Assembly (NCBI RefSeq): GCF_030684315.1
Contig: NC_081374.1
Coordinates: 27,073,978-27,137,977 of the forward strand
Direction: 5' to 3'
From: Stegostoma tigrinum
Taxonomy: Eukaryota
Length of the DNA stretch: 64,000 nucleotides
This document shows positions 50,646 to 63,600 of this stretch, one piece after another. Position 1 is the stretch's first letter; the number at the start of each line of letters is the position of its first letter. The notes under the pieces were generated by a model, which worked only from the letters and a program-made list of their open reading frames with translations, was not told the DNA's origin and did no database searches. The translations under genes and the position numbers were made by a program.

Positions 50646-53600
50646 ATTGTTACACTGTATGTGTTAATAGCAGGATAAAAGTCAGCTCTGACTCAGTGTT
50701 GAGTCCAGAAAGTTGTGAAGTGCTTAATTAGAAAATGGGGTGCTGTGTCTCCAGTTTGTATTGAGTTTCAGTGGAACACAGCAGTAGGTCCAGAACTGAA
50801 ACTTGAGCATGAGAACAAGATAACGTATTGAACGGCAGTATCTGCATACCTCTCCAACTTGAAGCAACTGCATAAGTGTGCTAATCTGGAAATTAACAAT
50901 CGCACAATTCCAGACCAGGTACATCGTCATGTAAAATTTTGATGTTATATACACAAGCCGAACTGCATATGCACAGCAGTGTGAAATTGAAATGGGGTTC
51001 AGCAGGGATGAGTGAGGACATGGCCATTGGAGAGAGAGCATGAAGGGGAATTGAAGACAAGGGTGGAGTGAGGATATCAGGGAAATGAGGATATGGGGGA
51101 GTGAAGATGTCAGGACAGTAAGGACAGCGAAGGCTTGAGGATGCAGGGAAGAGTGACAACACAAAGGAGTGACGACGTGGGGGGAGTGAGGTTACAGGGA
51201 TAAGATAAATGAGGACATGGATGTGAGTGAGGTCACACAGGGGAATAAGGACTCAGGAGGGAGTTACAGTGAGCCCTATTTATTCCCCCTTTTCTCTTGA
51301 TTCCCACCCCCATCCCCACAACTTTTCCCAGTCTCCATATTCCCCACCTACTCCCCCAGCCCTGTTTCCTTCCTGCCCTACTATTTCCCAAGCCTTCCAA
51401 AACCAATATTGTATATCCTTTCTGAGGTATGTCATTTATGAGATTATACATTTTTATGGATGACCTGTTAAATGTACATTTTGTTCCAAGACCTTTTAAT
51501 TGTGTATTAAGCCTTTGGACTGGCAGACCAACACTTCAAATAAAATTTCAGTCATGACAGACAGCTGTCTCCAAAGATGTTTATTTAACGTTTGTCAGAC
51601 TCTGTAATCTCTACAGCTGGCTACAAACAGTCAATGATATGTGAAATACTTCTCCAGGAATGTCCACTGAATCTTCTGAAAAATGTGAAGATGCCTTGGC
51701 TTCTGAGAAAACAGGAGGCAGGAAGATACTTAAAGGTGATTCCCGCAGAGAAGCCTCTTTGGATGATGGAAAAATGGTTCATTTCAAATTAAAGTAGCAA
51801 ACATTTTGCTTTGTTTGTGATAGATAGGTTGCAAGGGCTGCTTTTGGACAGTTTTCAGAGAACTCAAAGACATCATTAAAGAGGTTCCTTGATCAAGAGA
51901 TCACATAAAGGTAGACATTCAGAAATAGATTGCAGTTGCAGTGAAAAAGTCCAGCAATCTGTAAGTGCCATAATTGCACGTAAACGTTCTGTCTTTCTCT
52001 CCCAAAAACTGCTGAACTGCTGCACCCGGCTTTATAGGCAAACACCAATTATCCAACTCCAGAAGATATCATGGCTGCTGAATCTGTCTTCACGTTTCAA
52101 CGCTTATACTCTGGAAACCAAGTGCACAAAAGACACCTGAAATGATCTTAGACATTGATCTTATTTTTATCCTTTATAAGCATCTTTCATCCTCACCTAC
52201 CTTTTTAATCTTACTATATATTTTTCTCTAGTAATGTTATTTGAGAACCTAAAGTAGTAGTTTTGTGATAAGCTAACATTTTTATTTTATTTAAGACTCA
52301 AGGTTTTCTGCTGATAATTTTAAAATTTAATTATTCAAAGAAAAATAGGACTACATATGAATTTATGCACATTCTTAGTTCACAGACCACTTTGAAGACA
52401 CATCTGGTGTGTTCAAGACGGATGTGATCCCTATGCTATACTCATGCACTAGATGAGATTTAAAACTGAAATCAATAATTGAAGCAAAGCTTCCCAATCT
52501 TTATATTTAAACTCTCTGGTCATAAAAGCTAACATTTCACTAGCTTATTGGATTTTTCATTTATAGCCTACTACTACATTTTAATGCTCTGTGTACATGA
52601 ACATCTACATCTCTTTGGACCACCATTGTTCCTGGCTTTCCACCATTTAAAAGATCTATTGTGGGAAAATTCTCAATCACCTCATAAAAATAGCAATGTG
52701 ATCATCCTTTTCAATGTCACCTGGCGACGATTCTTTCCACGTCCCTTTCCACTTTGGATGACTGATTCATTTCTTTTGCATCCACACCATAATTCACACT
52801 AAACCACTCTTACTCTACGTTTGAACATACAGTTGCTTTTACCTTACACTTTTGACATCAGTACTGCCATTCTCTAGATTCCTAACATGTGTTGAATCAA
52901 AAGTTCTTGTAACTCCCTGTAACTTCAATTCTCACAGCTGTCATTTACTTTTCCTTCATATCATATTCCACTTGTGAAGGGTTATCCCATGTCCTCTAGC
53001 CACCATTATTGTATACTCTAGGATAGGCAAAACTGTGGTCAGAGAGGTAAGTGTCACAGGGCGAAAGTGTTGTCATGGCTATTGTGAAAACATCCTTGTA
53101 GTATGGCATTTATCTACAGTCATAATCATATGTTAATTGCACAATGAAGAAGTGAATGGCCTTCCTGTTGACGAGAGTGCTTGTAAAAACTTGCTAGTGG
53201 GAAAAATGAAAAGATTTTCCACATAGAAACAAGTTCCAGCTGTGGATAAAAAGGGTCATGGGAAACTGTATGGAAGTGTCACTGGTTGAAATTGAATTGC
53301 AGAAATAAATTATTAGTAGCCAAATAACAGCATGTGTATATCAGGAGTAGATATTTTATTGGGCATGACTTTGGGGGCAGCAAATTAGCACTGAAGATTA
53401 AAGAGGCTGGAAAGATTACGAAAACTAACAGGAAGCAGCAGAGAATCTGGGAACAGAAAGAAGTTTGGAACTGACACCAGGGCAAGAGAAAACATTAGAT
53501 TGGAGTGGCTCAAGATGGATCATTTGAATTAACATGGCTGACATAAGGCCAGCAGTGTCAGAAATGGTCAGGGCAAAATCTGGAGAGGTTAACTGGGCGG

Positions 53601-55700
53601 GAATTAGATCAAAAGCCATAAAAGAGGACATGAAAAGATCAGTAAAGATGAGGGGAAGATGACAAGGAATAGCTAGAGGTCTGATTAACAGAAATTATGA
53701 TGATAAATTTCAAAGCTGACCAGAGAAGTCATCAAACAGGAGAAAGTAAAGATGAAGCCTCAGCTACCAGCAGAGCCAGAAGGAATATAGGAGAAACTGA
53801 AATCCACATGTTGGCGGTACTTGTGAATGTGAAACAAATTAGGAGAAAATTCTCACCCAAATCAAAAGGAGAAAGGATGGGAGCATACCCCAGAGCATAC
53901 ACCACTGATGGAGACCACCAAGAGCATACCAGTGAGTTAAAACCAGAGTTACCCACCAGGAGATCCAAAAAAATTGAATCAAGAGTCAAATGTCATCCAG
54001 TCAAATTGATGTATAGTTCACTGAGGCTGTGGTGCACAAGGTATATCTGGAGACCCACCTGGGGCTCTCTGTATTGATAATGCACACTTGTATTGTGAGA
54101 GTTTTATAGTTGGACAAAACAAATATTGAAAGGCATTAATTATCTTTTGGTTTTGAAGAATAAAGAATTCATTTTCTTTGCTGAGGAAAAGCCCATATTT
54201 TGAAAAGCTTTTGGGAAGTGCGCAAAATACCTGGGTGGGTTTAGATGTAAGGACAGATTGTCCCATAGAAGGACTTTAGTTCAGAACAGGTAGGGAATAG
54301 GTTACCACATTGTAAAGGTCTCAGCTTAAAAACGGCAGACCAGAAATATTTGGTTAAGAATTCTCAAGATGTTAATTGAAGCTAAGGAAATTTAAGCTCA
54401 GATTTGTGGATAAACAAGGAAGAGGCTATTAAGGTCTCAAGACTGGGAATTGAAAGAAACAGCTAAGGTAAACCCATTGATGTCATAGTACATGGAACTG
54501 TCTCTCTCTGGTAAGTGAGAACCGTAAAATGTTCTTTTATTCAGTTTTGTGTTTTAAAATCTTTCAGGTTGTGGTATATATAAACAGATTGTTTTTTAAA
54601 ATATATTTTATACGTATTTCTGTTGTGTAATGCAATTCTGTTTTATTGTTAAAGCCAAACCTGCAACAATATGTGCTTAAGCTTCAGTGAAAGACCATCA
54701 GATTAATTAATAATAAAGAAAATCTGTCGTCAGATTTCAATTTGGGATCTCACATTTCCATTAGTAATATCTGCTGGGATCATAACAATAGACACAGGAC
54801 GAAACAAATTAATGAGGGTGGGCAGCAGCAAACTACCTCAAGCTACCCAGTACCACATACTGGTAGAGGTGGTCAATATCACAAGATGTCAGCATTGGCC
54901 ATTTTAGAAGTATCACATCAGAGTGGGGCAAATATCACCAACTCCTAGAAATCAAATTTGTAAAAATTGCTGAATCAGATGCATGGAGTATAAAACTGGG
55001 CAATGAAGGTTTAAAACTCAGATGGCAATGCAGCTCAATGAACAAGTTAATTTGCTAATCCTGAAGCAAGTTTTAAATCCAGGTTAAGGCTAAGAGAGGA
55101 AATGCAGAATGAGTATGATATTATCCCATTTATTTATTAATATTTTGTTTGAACCTTGTTATGGAAGACCCACTGTAAACAAAAGGTTGAATTGTTCAAA
55201 CATTTGGAATTTACTTGGAAAGAAGATGTCACAATGATATAAAACAAGTACTATTTATCTTTGAATCCCATCAGCAATCTCACTACCTGGGACTTTCACG
55301 GACTAAAATGGTTTTGAAAGGACCAAAACAATGACTTAAAATCATTACATCATCTGATCCACATAGGTTGGCCAAGTTTCATGAAACTGATGTGAATTGG
55401 ATAAAGGACGGTCTGAGCTGAAATTAACATTTCACCCAAGGGCAGAAGCCAGTCAGCTAAGTGCCCAGTGGGGCCATAAAATGGCCCGCACCTCCTATTT
55501 GATTTATGTCATTCTGACAATCTTCACATGTTGAAGATGTGACGTTGTCTACAATTATCAAACCTGCACACACAACTTCTGCTGATGTTATTTACAAATA
55601 ACCTGTTATGTAAAGGGGCTTCTGTTGGCAGAGATTAGCTGAGAAGTCTTTCTTTCTCTTTCTCAAAAAGAAAAGAACCTGAAGACAGCATTAACCGAAA

Positions 55701-56560
55701 CCATAAGACCATAAGACATTCGGCCATCAAGTCCACTCTGCCATTTAATCATGGCTGATGGGCATTTCAACTCCACTTACCCGCACTCTCCCCATAGCCC
55801 TTAATTCCTTGTAAGATCAAGAAATTATCAATCTCTGCCTTGAAGACATTTAACGTCCCGGCCTCCACTGCGCTCCATGGCAATGAATTCCACAGGCCCA
55901 CCACTCTCTGGCTGAAGAAATGAGTCCTCATTTCCATTTTAAATTTACCCCCTCTAATTCTAAGGCTGTGCCCACAGGTTCTCGTCTCCCGGGCTAATGG
56001 AAACAACCTTGCAGTGTCCACCCTTTCTAAGCCATGCATTATCTTGTATGTTTCTATTAGATCTCCCCTCAACCTTCTAAACTCTAATGAATACAATCCC
56101 AGGATTCTTAGCCGTTCATCATATGTTAGGCCTACCATTCCAGGGATCATCCCTGTGAATCTCCGCTGGACACGGTCCAGTGCCAGTATGTCCTTCCTGA
56201 AGTGTGGGGCCCAAAATTTGACACAGTATTCTAAATGGGGCCTAACTAGTGCTTTATAAAGTCTCAAAAGCACATTGCTGCTTTTATATTCCAACCCTCT
56301 TGAGATAAGTGATAACATTACATTCGCTTTCTTAATCACGGACTCAACGTGCAAGTTAACCTTTAGAGAATCCTGGACTAGCACTCCCAGATCCCTTTGT
56401 ACTTCAGCTTTATGAATTTTCTCACCGCTTGGAAAATAGTCCATGCCTGTATTCTTACTTACAAAGTGCAAAACCTCGCATTTGCGCATGTTGAATTTCA
56501 TCAGCCATTTCCTGGACCACTGTCCTAAACTGTCCAAATCTTTCTACAGCCGCCCCATCT
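55701..56560 (-). mobile_element. Relatively young 5'-truncated CR1 with an open 256-aa ORF2 C-terminus (55767..56537)
   Basis: WLMKFNMRKC, LVRPHLEYC and YSLEFRRLRGDLI motifs. 3' UTR with a (TCTTATGG)2 tail at 55701-55717. Confidence 0.92.
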
Positions 56561-58249
56561 ATGAACTGAGAACTTAAAGGTAATTATAGCTGCAATATTT
56601 GCTACTTCTAATGATTCAAAAATACAACTACCTTATCATGGCCTCAGATTAAAACATTATGTCTCAAGGTCAACGAAATTGCTCCAAACTATGTATTATT
56701 TTATCTTCCCCTTGACGGGATACTTTCCCTTTTTAAATTTGCGCACGCATGTCCACATGACTGCACAGTGGTTGCATGCTTTGATATTGTGTCTTATAAT
56801 TTTTCCTGAGGTTACATGTAACAAAATTGCTTTTCCTTTCACCCAAGAAAATTGGCTCCTTATTGCATAAAGTGAAAACAGTTAATTATATTTTACCTGG
56901 CAAATGAATGGCATGTGCTAAAAATAAACTGGGATGGTTGAAAAGATGGAAGCTGATTCATTGCTCCTCACTTGGTCATAACGTACATTCTCAATTCAGT
57001 CCATTTTGCTGAGGGAATGAGAAAAGCCACTTACTGCTGCAAACTCCAGAGCACCCTCAGTTTCTGTCAGAATGCAAGATGTTATTTGTTTGCTCTAATA
57101 AAGTGCCTGGGTGTCCAGTTGGATGGATTTGGGCATTGCAGATTGGGCGATTGTTGTTCACATCCCCAGTAGTATTTATAGTGATATTAATAGTGATGAT
57201 GACCTTGACAGCCACTGTCAATGCATTTGTCTATGATTGCTAAATGACCCACTCCTGATTCTTTTATTGGAGACAGGATGGATGTTGGGGTGTGTTGACA
57301 ATTGGAAATCCTGCCACTGCATCTCAGGCAGAAGAGCAGGCTTTAAGCAATTGCATGCCTGACCTCCTTTGGTATTCTGTGCCTTCAATTGACATTGTAG
57401 TAATTTGTCATAACAAAGACTTTTGTGGACTGTAACCACATGTTTTCTATTTTAAGGACATGCACTGTTCTTTGAGAGTTGTTGCTTTGGTCTAATTTCA
57501 TGCATTTGAACTGGCCACACCCCTTAAATGGAGGCAAAGGACTTGTCTCGCTGCTTTTTGATGTCATCATTTGAACAAAAACAGCCCATCCTCACGTGTT
57601 GCCGATTTCCCAATTCTGGAACTGTAGCTGCACTTGATGTGGAAGAAAATTTTTTTGTTTGGCTTTCTTTCCTTATCAAAGATGTACACCACTACCAAAA
57701 TTGTTGTTAGAGATTTTCTTACTTTTGCCCACATAGATTTTAACAAAACTCATATACCAAGTGCTGTGATTGTAGAAAGCAGTTTCTAAATTTGTCCCAC
57801 AGACTACTTTTACATTTTGTACTGATGATTCAATTTCAGTCAGCAACAGGTAAAAATTAAGTGGCAACTGGCCTAAATCTGGAGGTGTTTAATTAGAACA
57901 CAGCTGCATTGCCTCATTCAGTATGTTTGTTCTGGATAATGTTCTTCATCTACAAACTGAAAGCATCAATGTGAATTATACTAGCCTAATCTCAGAGGAT
58001 AGTAAAAGGCAAATATATTTTGAAAGCTTTAGAACAGTTGACAGCAATCAGGAAATCTGAAATTCAAACTCTTTTCCTCCCACTAATAAAAAAGTACTGA
58101 AGTATTTTTGAGAACCATAATTTCCAATGCACAAGATTCAACATTGCATTTACCTGTATCAGGTTGAGATTTTTGAAAGTTGAATCAAATTAAGTGTGGA
58201 GTTACAGATTAATTTGGGAGTGTAAAACCCAAGGGCTAATTAAGCACAA

Positions 58250-58560
58250 TTTAAGATCATAGGATCACAAAAAGTAAGAACAGAAGTAACCCATATAGCT
58301 CCACAAACCTGTTCCATTTTTCAATAAGATCCTGGTTGATCATTTGTCTTAGCTCCACCTTCTTACTTGATCCAAATACCTCTCAATTTCCTAGAGTTCA
58401 AAAATCTGTTTGTCTTTAATATACTCAATAACTGAACATCCACAGACCTTTGTGACAGAGAACTCCAAAGATTCTCAAGTGAAAAATCTTCCTTATTTCA
58501 GCCTTTAATAGTGAGCCCTTGTTCTGAGAGTTTCTCCCCTAGTTCTGGACTCTCCAGACA
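58250..58560 (-). mobile_element. Decayed CR1 3' end
   Basis: CR1-type 3' UTR and tail (gatcatag.atcac) plus ORF2 terminal remnants. Confidence 0.6.
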
Positions 58561-58577
58561 GGATACAAACTTCTCAG

Positions 58578-58693
58578 ATAATAAAATGTGAGGCTGGATG
58601 AACACAGCAGGCCAAGCAGCATCCTGCTGTGTTCATCCAGCCTCACATTTTATTATCTTGGAATCTCCAGCATCTGCAGTTCCCATTATCTCT
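58578..58693. mobile_element. Minimal fold-back PLE insertion (116 bp)
   Basis: Perfect 36-bp inverted repeat 58576-58611 / 58623-58658. Perfect 16-bp TSD gatacaaacttctcag 58562-58577 / 58694-58709. Confidence 0.92.
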
Positions 58694-59523
58694 GATACAA
58701 ACTTCTCAGTTTATTTCAGACAGCATCCACTTCTAACAACAGTTGATGCTGATCTATATAGTTTTATTTTCAAAAATCTCTTCTGCCTATAAATGAATTC
58801 AGAAATAGAACTGTATGCCAAAGGTTTTTGAAAAAAAAGCTATCACCTGTATAACAATAAAAGCAATAATGTGTATAGAACTGCACAACCAGCAATTACT
58901 CATACAAACATAACACAATGTCTGAACAAATTCTCAAAATTCTTCTCCCTTTATTTTAATGTATTAATTCTTTATCTTAAACTTAGTGCCTCTACAAAAA
59001 TAACAGAAAAGAAATAGCACTCCAAATTTTTATGCAATTTTCCACTAATATTATAGCAGTAATTCCTGGAATTAAGCTTAAATATGCCTTCCATCAGATA
59101 TCAGTAAAACAAAATGCAATCATTTCAGTAATAGAAAGTATTCTGAAGTTTTGTGCCAGTCTCTAAGCTGAAGTTCCATGTGGCTGAAATAGAACTTGGT
59201 GAATCTGTAATCCAAACAACAAGGGGCAGAACATTATGATATTATGGCTATTGTCAATTGGGCAAGTTTCATTGAAAGTTTCTCTCTGTAACACCTAGTG
59301 AGATTTCTCACCACATTGTCACTATTCACTGTGACACACACTGGAAAACAAGCTCCATTATTCCCAAGAGTCATCATAGAAGTTAAAGCTTTTTAAAAGT
59401 GCTCAAAATTCTCTAATTTACTCACCTTCTAGATCCGTGTTTACAGAAAGCACAGACTAGGTTTCTGTACTTAACAAAAGCTACAATTTACTGTCAGTAA
59501 TTAGACTCCAGCAATAGGCAACC

Positions 59524-60646
59524 AGTTATGAATTATTGTCATTTATCTCTCCTAATTGGAACTCTTATCTCGTTGTAAACTTCCCTTACATTCACACACA
59601 TAGAGGGGAAAAGAAAGTGAATGGAGGAAAATTAAGAAAGCAGATCAGTGCTTTGAATTCACAGGATTGCTGAGGCGATCCTTAGAATTCTCATGCTGGT
59701 CAGATCATGTTTCTCAGTCATTCTTCTCTGGATTCTTTCACTGGTTTGCAGGAGACACCGGGCAACTGTTTTTTTTCTTATAAGAGGTCTCTGACTTATC
59801 ATTAAAAGCCACAACTTAGAGCACCTGCCAAAGGAAAGATACACTGGTTTTATTCAGGCCTAATGTGGCTGTTTCTGTAGAATACAGAAAGACAGTTCTG
59901 AATTGGTGCTGGTGTAGCAGCCTCCTGGCTGCTAAAACACAGATTGTGAAGTGGGCCAAACAGCAAGTGATGCTGGCTACATTGGCAAAGTAATACCCTG
60001 AAATCATAAACCCACACCAGACACAGTACAAACACAGCAAAACTAGGTGCTAATGACATTAATATAACGTAAAAGGCAACAGTTACTCTGGACAGATGCA
60101 CCCTCATCAACTTATCCACTAAGCAAAGGAGGGCCCAGATTAAAAAGACACCAGGTTGCACTACACAAAGAAACAAACAATAGCAAGCCATCCAAATGAT
60201 TGACAATGTTTAAAACTATTAACTGTGTCTCCCTGATTTGGCCAGAACTATAGAAATTTCCAAAAAACCATCCAAAAATGTACTAAGAACAGGATTCACC
60301 TGCAGACTGCTCTCTTGAATCTTCTGAGGTCTTCTGAGGAGACCAGCATGGCAAGAAGCAGAGACCAGCCAACCACTTAGACAGGAAAAGAGAGAGCAAG
60401 AAAAAAAGTAGTGTTGCAAGGTGACAGAGCCAGAGTGAAAGCTACTGTATAAATCTACGAGACACTCAGAAAGTACTGTAAGTTTGAGGAGCTGAATAAG
60501 ATTAGAGACAGTGTGTTCAGTATTAAAGGTTATTGTAACGTGTTTTCTAATAAAGTTGGGAGTCTTTTTCATTGGCACTGACTTGTGTTCGTATTGATTT
60601 AACTGCTTCAGTATTATGGGACACCTGGGCAAATTCATTCATAACA
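59524..60646 (+). mobile_element. Candidate ~1.1-kb solo LTR
   Basis: Near-inverted termini (A)GTTATGAAT...ATTCATAACA, and AATAAA ~100 nt before the end. No coding capacity; TSD not evident. Confidence 0.4.
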
Positions 60647-60689
60647 TTCTGGGTGGAGTTGTCTAACAGGACAACACTGGTCTGATTAC

Positions 60690-63600
60690 CTCTCTTTGAA
60701 TCTTGTTCACAGCCCAAGGTGCTCAAATACCTGATAACCAATCGTATAACTGTTGGCAGGCAGAAGGCCCTTCTCATTGATAACTGGTTACTCTGGGTGA
60801 AAGCACAAGGGCAGCCTGGGAAGGTAAGCTTTTCAATAATAAAAATCATACCTCACGTGACTGCGGCCTTTCAGTTGTTTCAGTGGCGGGAGTCCGGGAG
60901 AAAGCATGAGGGCAGCCTGGGAAGGTAAGCTTCTTTTCAATAAATTTAGGAGTTAACTAATACCCAAGACACTACACACGGAGTGTCTCCCACACTTCCA
61001 CCTCCTCTAACCTAATAATAATGACTAAATGTGGTGAGCAGGTAAGCTATTTGCATTTTTCTTTCTCATCTCTTTGTTATCTTTCAGGGTGGTCACCTAG
61101 ACACCAAATCATCTGGGAGTGGGTCTGAAGGCAAAGTTGGAATCTGTTTGAGTATATAACGGAGTGAACTTACTGGTGCAGAGAACGCTGCGAAACTAAA
61201 AGAAACAAATTAAATTTAAATAATTAACTAAGTAGAGATGGCAGGCCAGGTGATGTGTTGTAGCTGTATGATGTGGGAGCTTGCTGATCCCATTGAGAAC
61301 GGCAGTGACCACATCTGCAGCAAATGTTGGCTGCTTGAGGAGCACCAGATCAAAATTGATGAGCTGGAATCCAAACTCCAAACAGTGTGGTACATCCGGG
61401 GTGGGGGGGAGAAATGCCTGGATGCTGTCTTCCAGGAGGCAGTCACACCTGGTAGATTAGCTAATGTTAATGCAATCAGTGGGGAGGGACAGCAATGTGT
61501 GACTGCGAATGAGGAAGGTAGAGCAACCTTACCACAGCGTATGAGGCACGTGCTCACTGAACAGGGCTGCAGAAGGATGAGTCAACTGACCATGGCACCA
61601 TGGTCCAGGAGGCCATTCAAGAGGGGGGAGCAAAAAGACACATTGTAGTTGTAGGGCATTCCATCATCAGGGGGATAGCCAGTATCCTTTGCGAACAGAT
61701 AGAGAATCCCGCATGGTGTGTTGCCAGGGTGCAAGACATCTCCGACCAGCTTGAGAGGATACTAGGTGGGGGGTGGGGGGAGGATCCAGTTGTTGTGGTC
61801 CACATAGGTACCAACAACATAGGCAGGACTAGGAAAAAAGACCTGTTTAAGGATTATGAAAAGCTAGGAACAAAATTAAAAAACAGGAACCTATGAGGGA
61901 GCAAGCTATCCTAGATCTAGTCCTGTGTAATGAGGCAGGAATAATTAAAGATCTCACAGTTAGGGATCCTCTCAGAAGGAGCGATCACGGTATGGTCGAA
62001 TTTAAAATACAGATGGAGTGTGAGAAGGTTAAATCCAGTACCTATGTCCTGTCTTAAACAAAGGAGACTACGAAGGAGCAGTTAGCTAAGGTAGAATCGG
62101 AGCAAAATCTTTATGGTAGATCAATTGAGGAACAGTGGAGGACTTTCAAAATGATTTTTCACAGTGCTCAGCAGAAGTATATTTCAGTGATAAGGAAGAA
62201 CTGTAGGAAAAGAGAGAGCCAGCCATGGCTGTCTAAGGAAATAAAGGAAAGTATCAGATTGGAAAAAAAAACGTACAAAAAAGCAAAGAGTAGTGGGAAA
62301 CTAGTAGACTGGGAAATCTTTAAAGGCCAACAGAAAGTCACAAAAAAGTTATAAAGAGAGGTAAGATAGATTATGAGAGTAACCTAGCTCAGAATATAAA
62401 AGCAGGCAGCAAAAGTTTCTATAAATATGTAAATCGTACACGAGTGGCGAAGGTAAACATTGGTCCTTTCGAGGATGAGAAGGCCAATTTAATACTGGGA
62501 ATGAGGAAATAGCCGAGACATTAAACAGTTATTTCATGTCAGTCTTCACAGTGGAAGAGACAAATAGCATACCAAAAATTAATAGCAAGAAGATTATAGC
62601 TGGTGAGGACCTAGAAACTATCATTATCACTAAGGAGGCAGTGCTGGGCAAGCTAATGGGGTGGGGGGGGCGGGGGTGCTAAAGGTAGACATGTCTCCTG
62701 GCCCTGATGAAATGCATCCCAGGGTACTAAAAGAAGTGATGGGGGAAATAGCAAATGCACTAGTAATTATTTACCAAAATTCACTGGACTCTGGGGTGGT
62801 TCCTGCAGATTGGAAAACTGCCAATGTGATGCCACTGTTTAAAAAAGGAAGTAGACAAAAAGCAGGTAACTATCGGCCAGTTAGATTAACTTTGGTAGTG
62901 GGGAAAATGCTTGAATCTATCATTAAGGAAGAAATAGCAAGACATCTGGATATAAATTGTCCCATTGGGGAACACCCAGCATGGGTTTATGAAGGGTAGG
63001 CCATGTTTAATTAATTTGATGGGATTCTTTGAGGACATTACTTGCATGGTGGACAATGGGGAACCTGTCGAAATGGTATATCTGGATTTCCAGAAGGCTC
63101 TTGACAAGGTGCCACACCAAAGGCTGCTACATGAGATAAAGTTGCACGGTATTGCAAGTAATGCATTGACATGGATAGAGGATTGTTTGACTGGTAGAAA
63201 GCAAAGACTTGGGATAAATGGGTGTTTTTCTGGTTGGTGGTCAGTGGTTAGTGGTGTGCCTAAGGGATCAGTGTTGGGACTGCAATTGTTTATAATTTAC
63301 ACAGATGATTTGGAGCTGGGGACTAAGTGTGGTGTGTCAAAATTTGCAGATGACACTAAGGTGAGTGGTAGAGCAAAGTGTGCAGAAGACACTGAAAGTC
63401 TGCAGAGGGATATAGATAGTCTAAGTGAGTGGGCAAAGGTCTGCCCGATGGAGTACAATGTTGACAAGTGTGAGGTCATCCGTTTTGGTTGGAATAACAG
63501 CAAAATGGATGATATTTTAAATAAATAAAAATTGCAGCATGCTGCTGTGCAGAGGGGCTTGGGTGTCCTTGTGCATGAATCGCTAAAAGTAGGATTGCAG

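Noticed and set aside
50990-51390. ORFs 50724..51164 and neighbours
   Set aside because: Purine/pyrimidine-skewed low-complexity degenerate repeat (gtgaggaca-like units) that yields spurious ORFs.
818-58709. Fold-back elements as MITEs of DNA transposons or CRISPR-like repeats
   Set aside because: Arms are PLE 3' sequence contiguous with RT/GIY-YIG ORFs in longer copies, termini are asymmetric, TSD length varies, and there is no regular repeat-spacer array.
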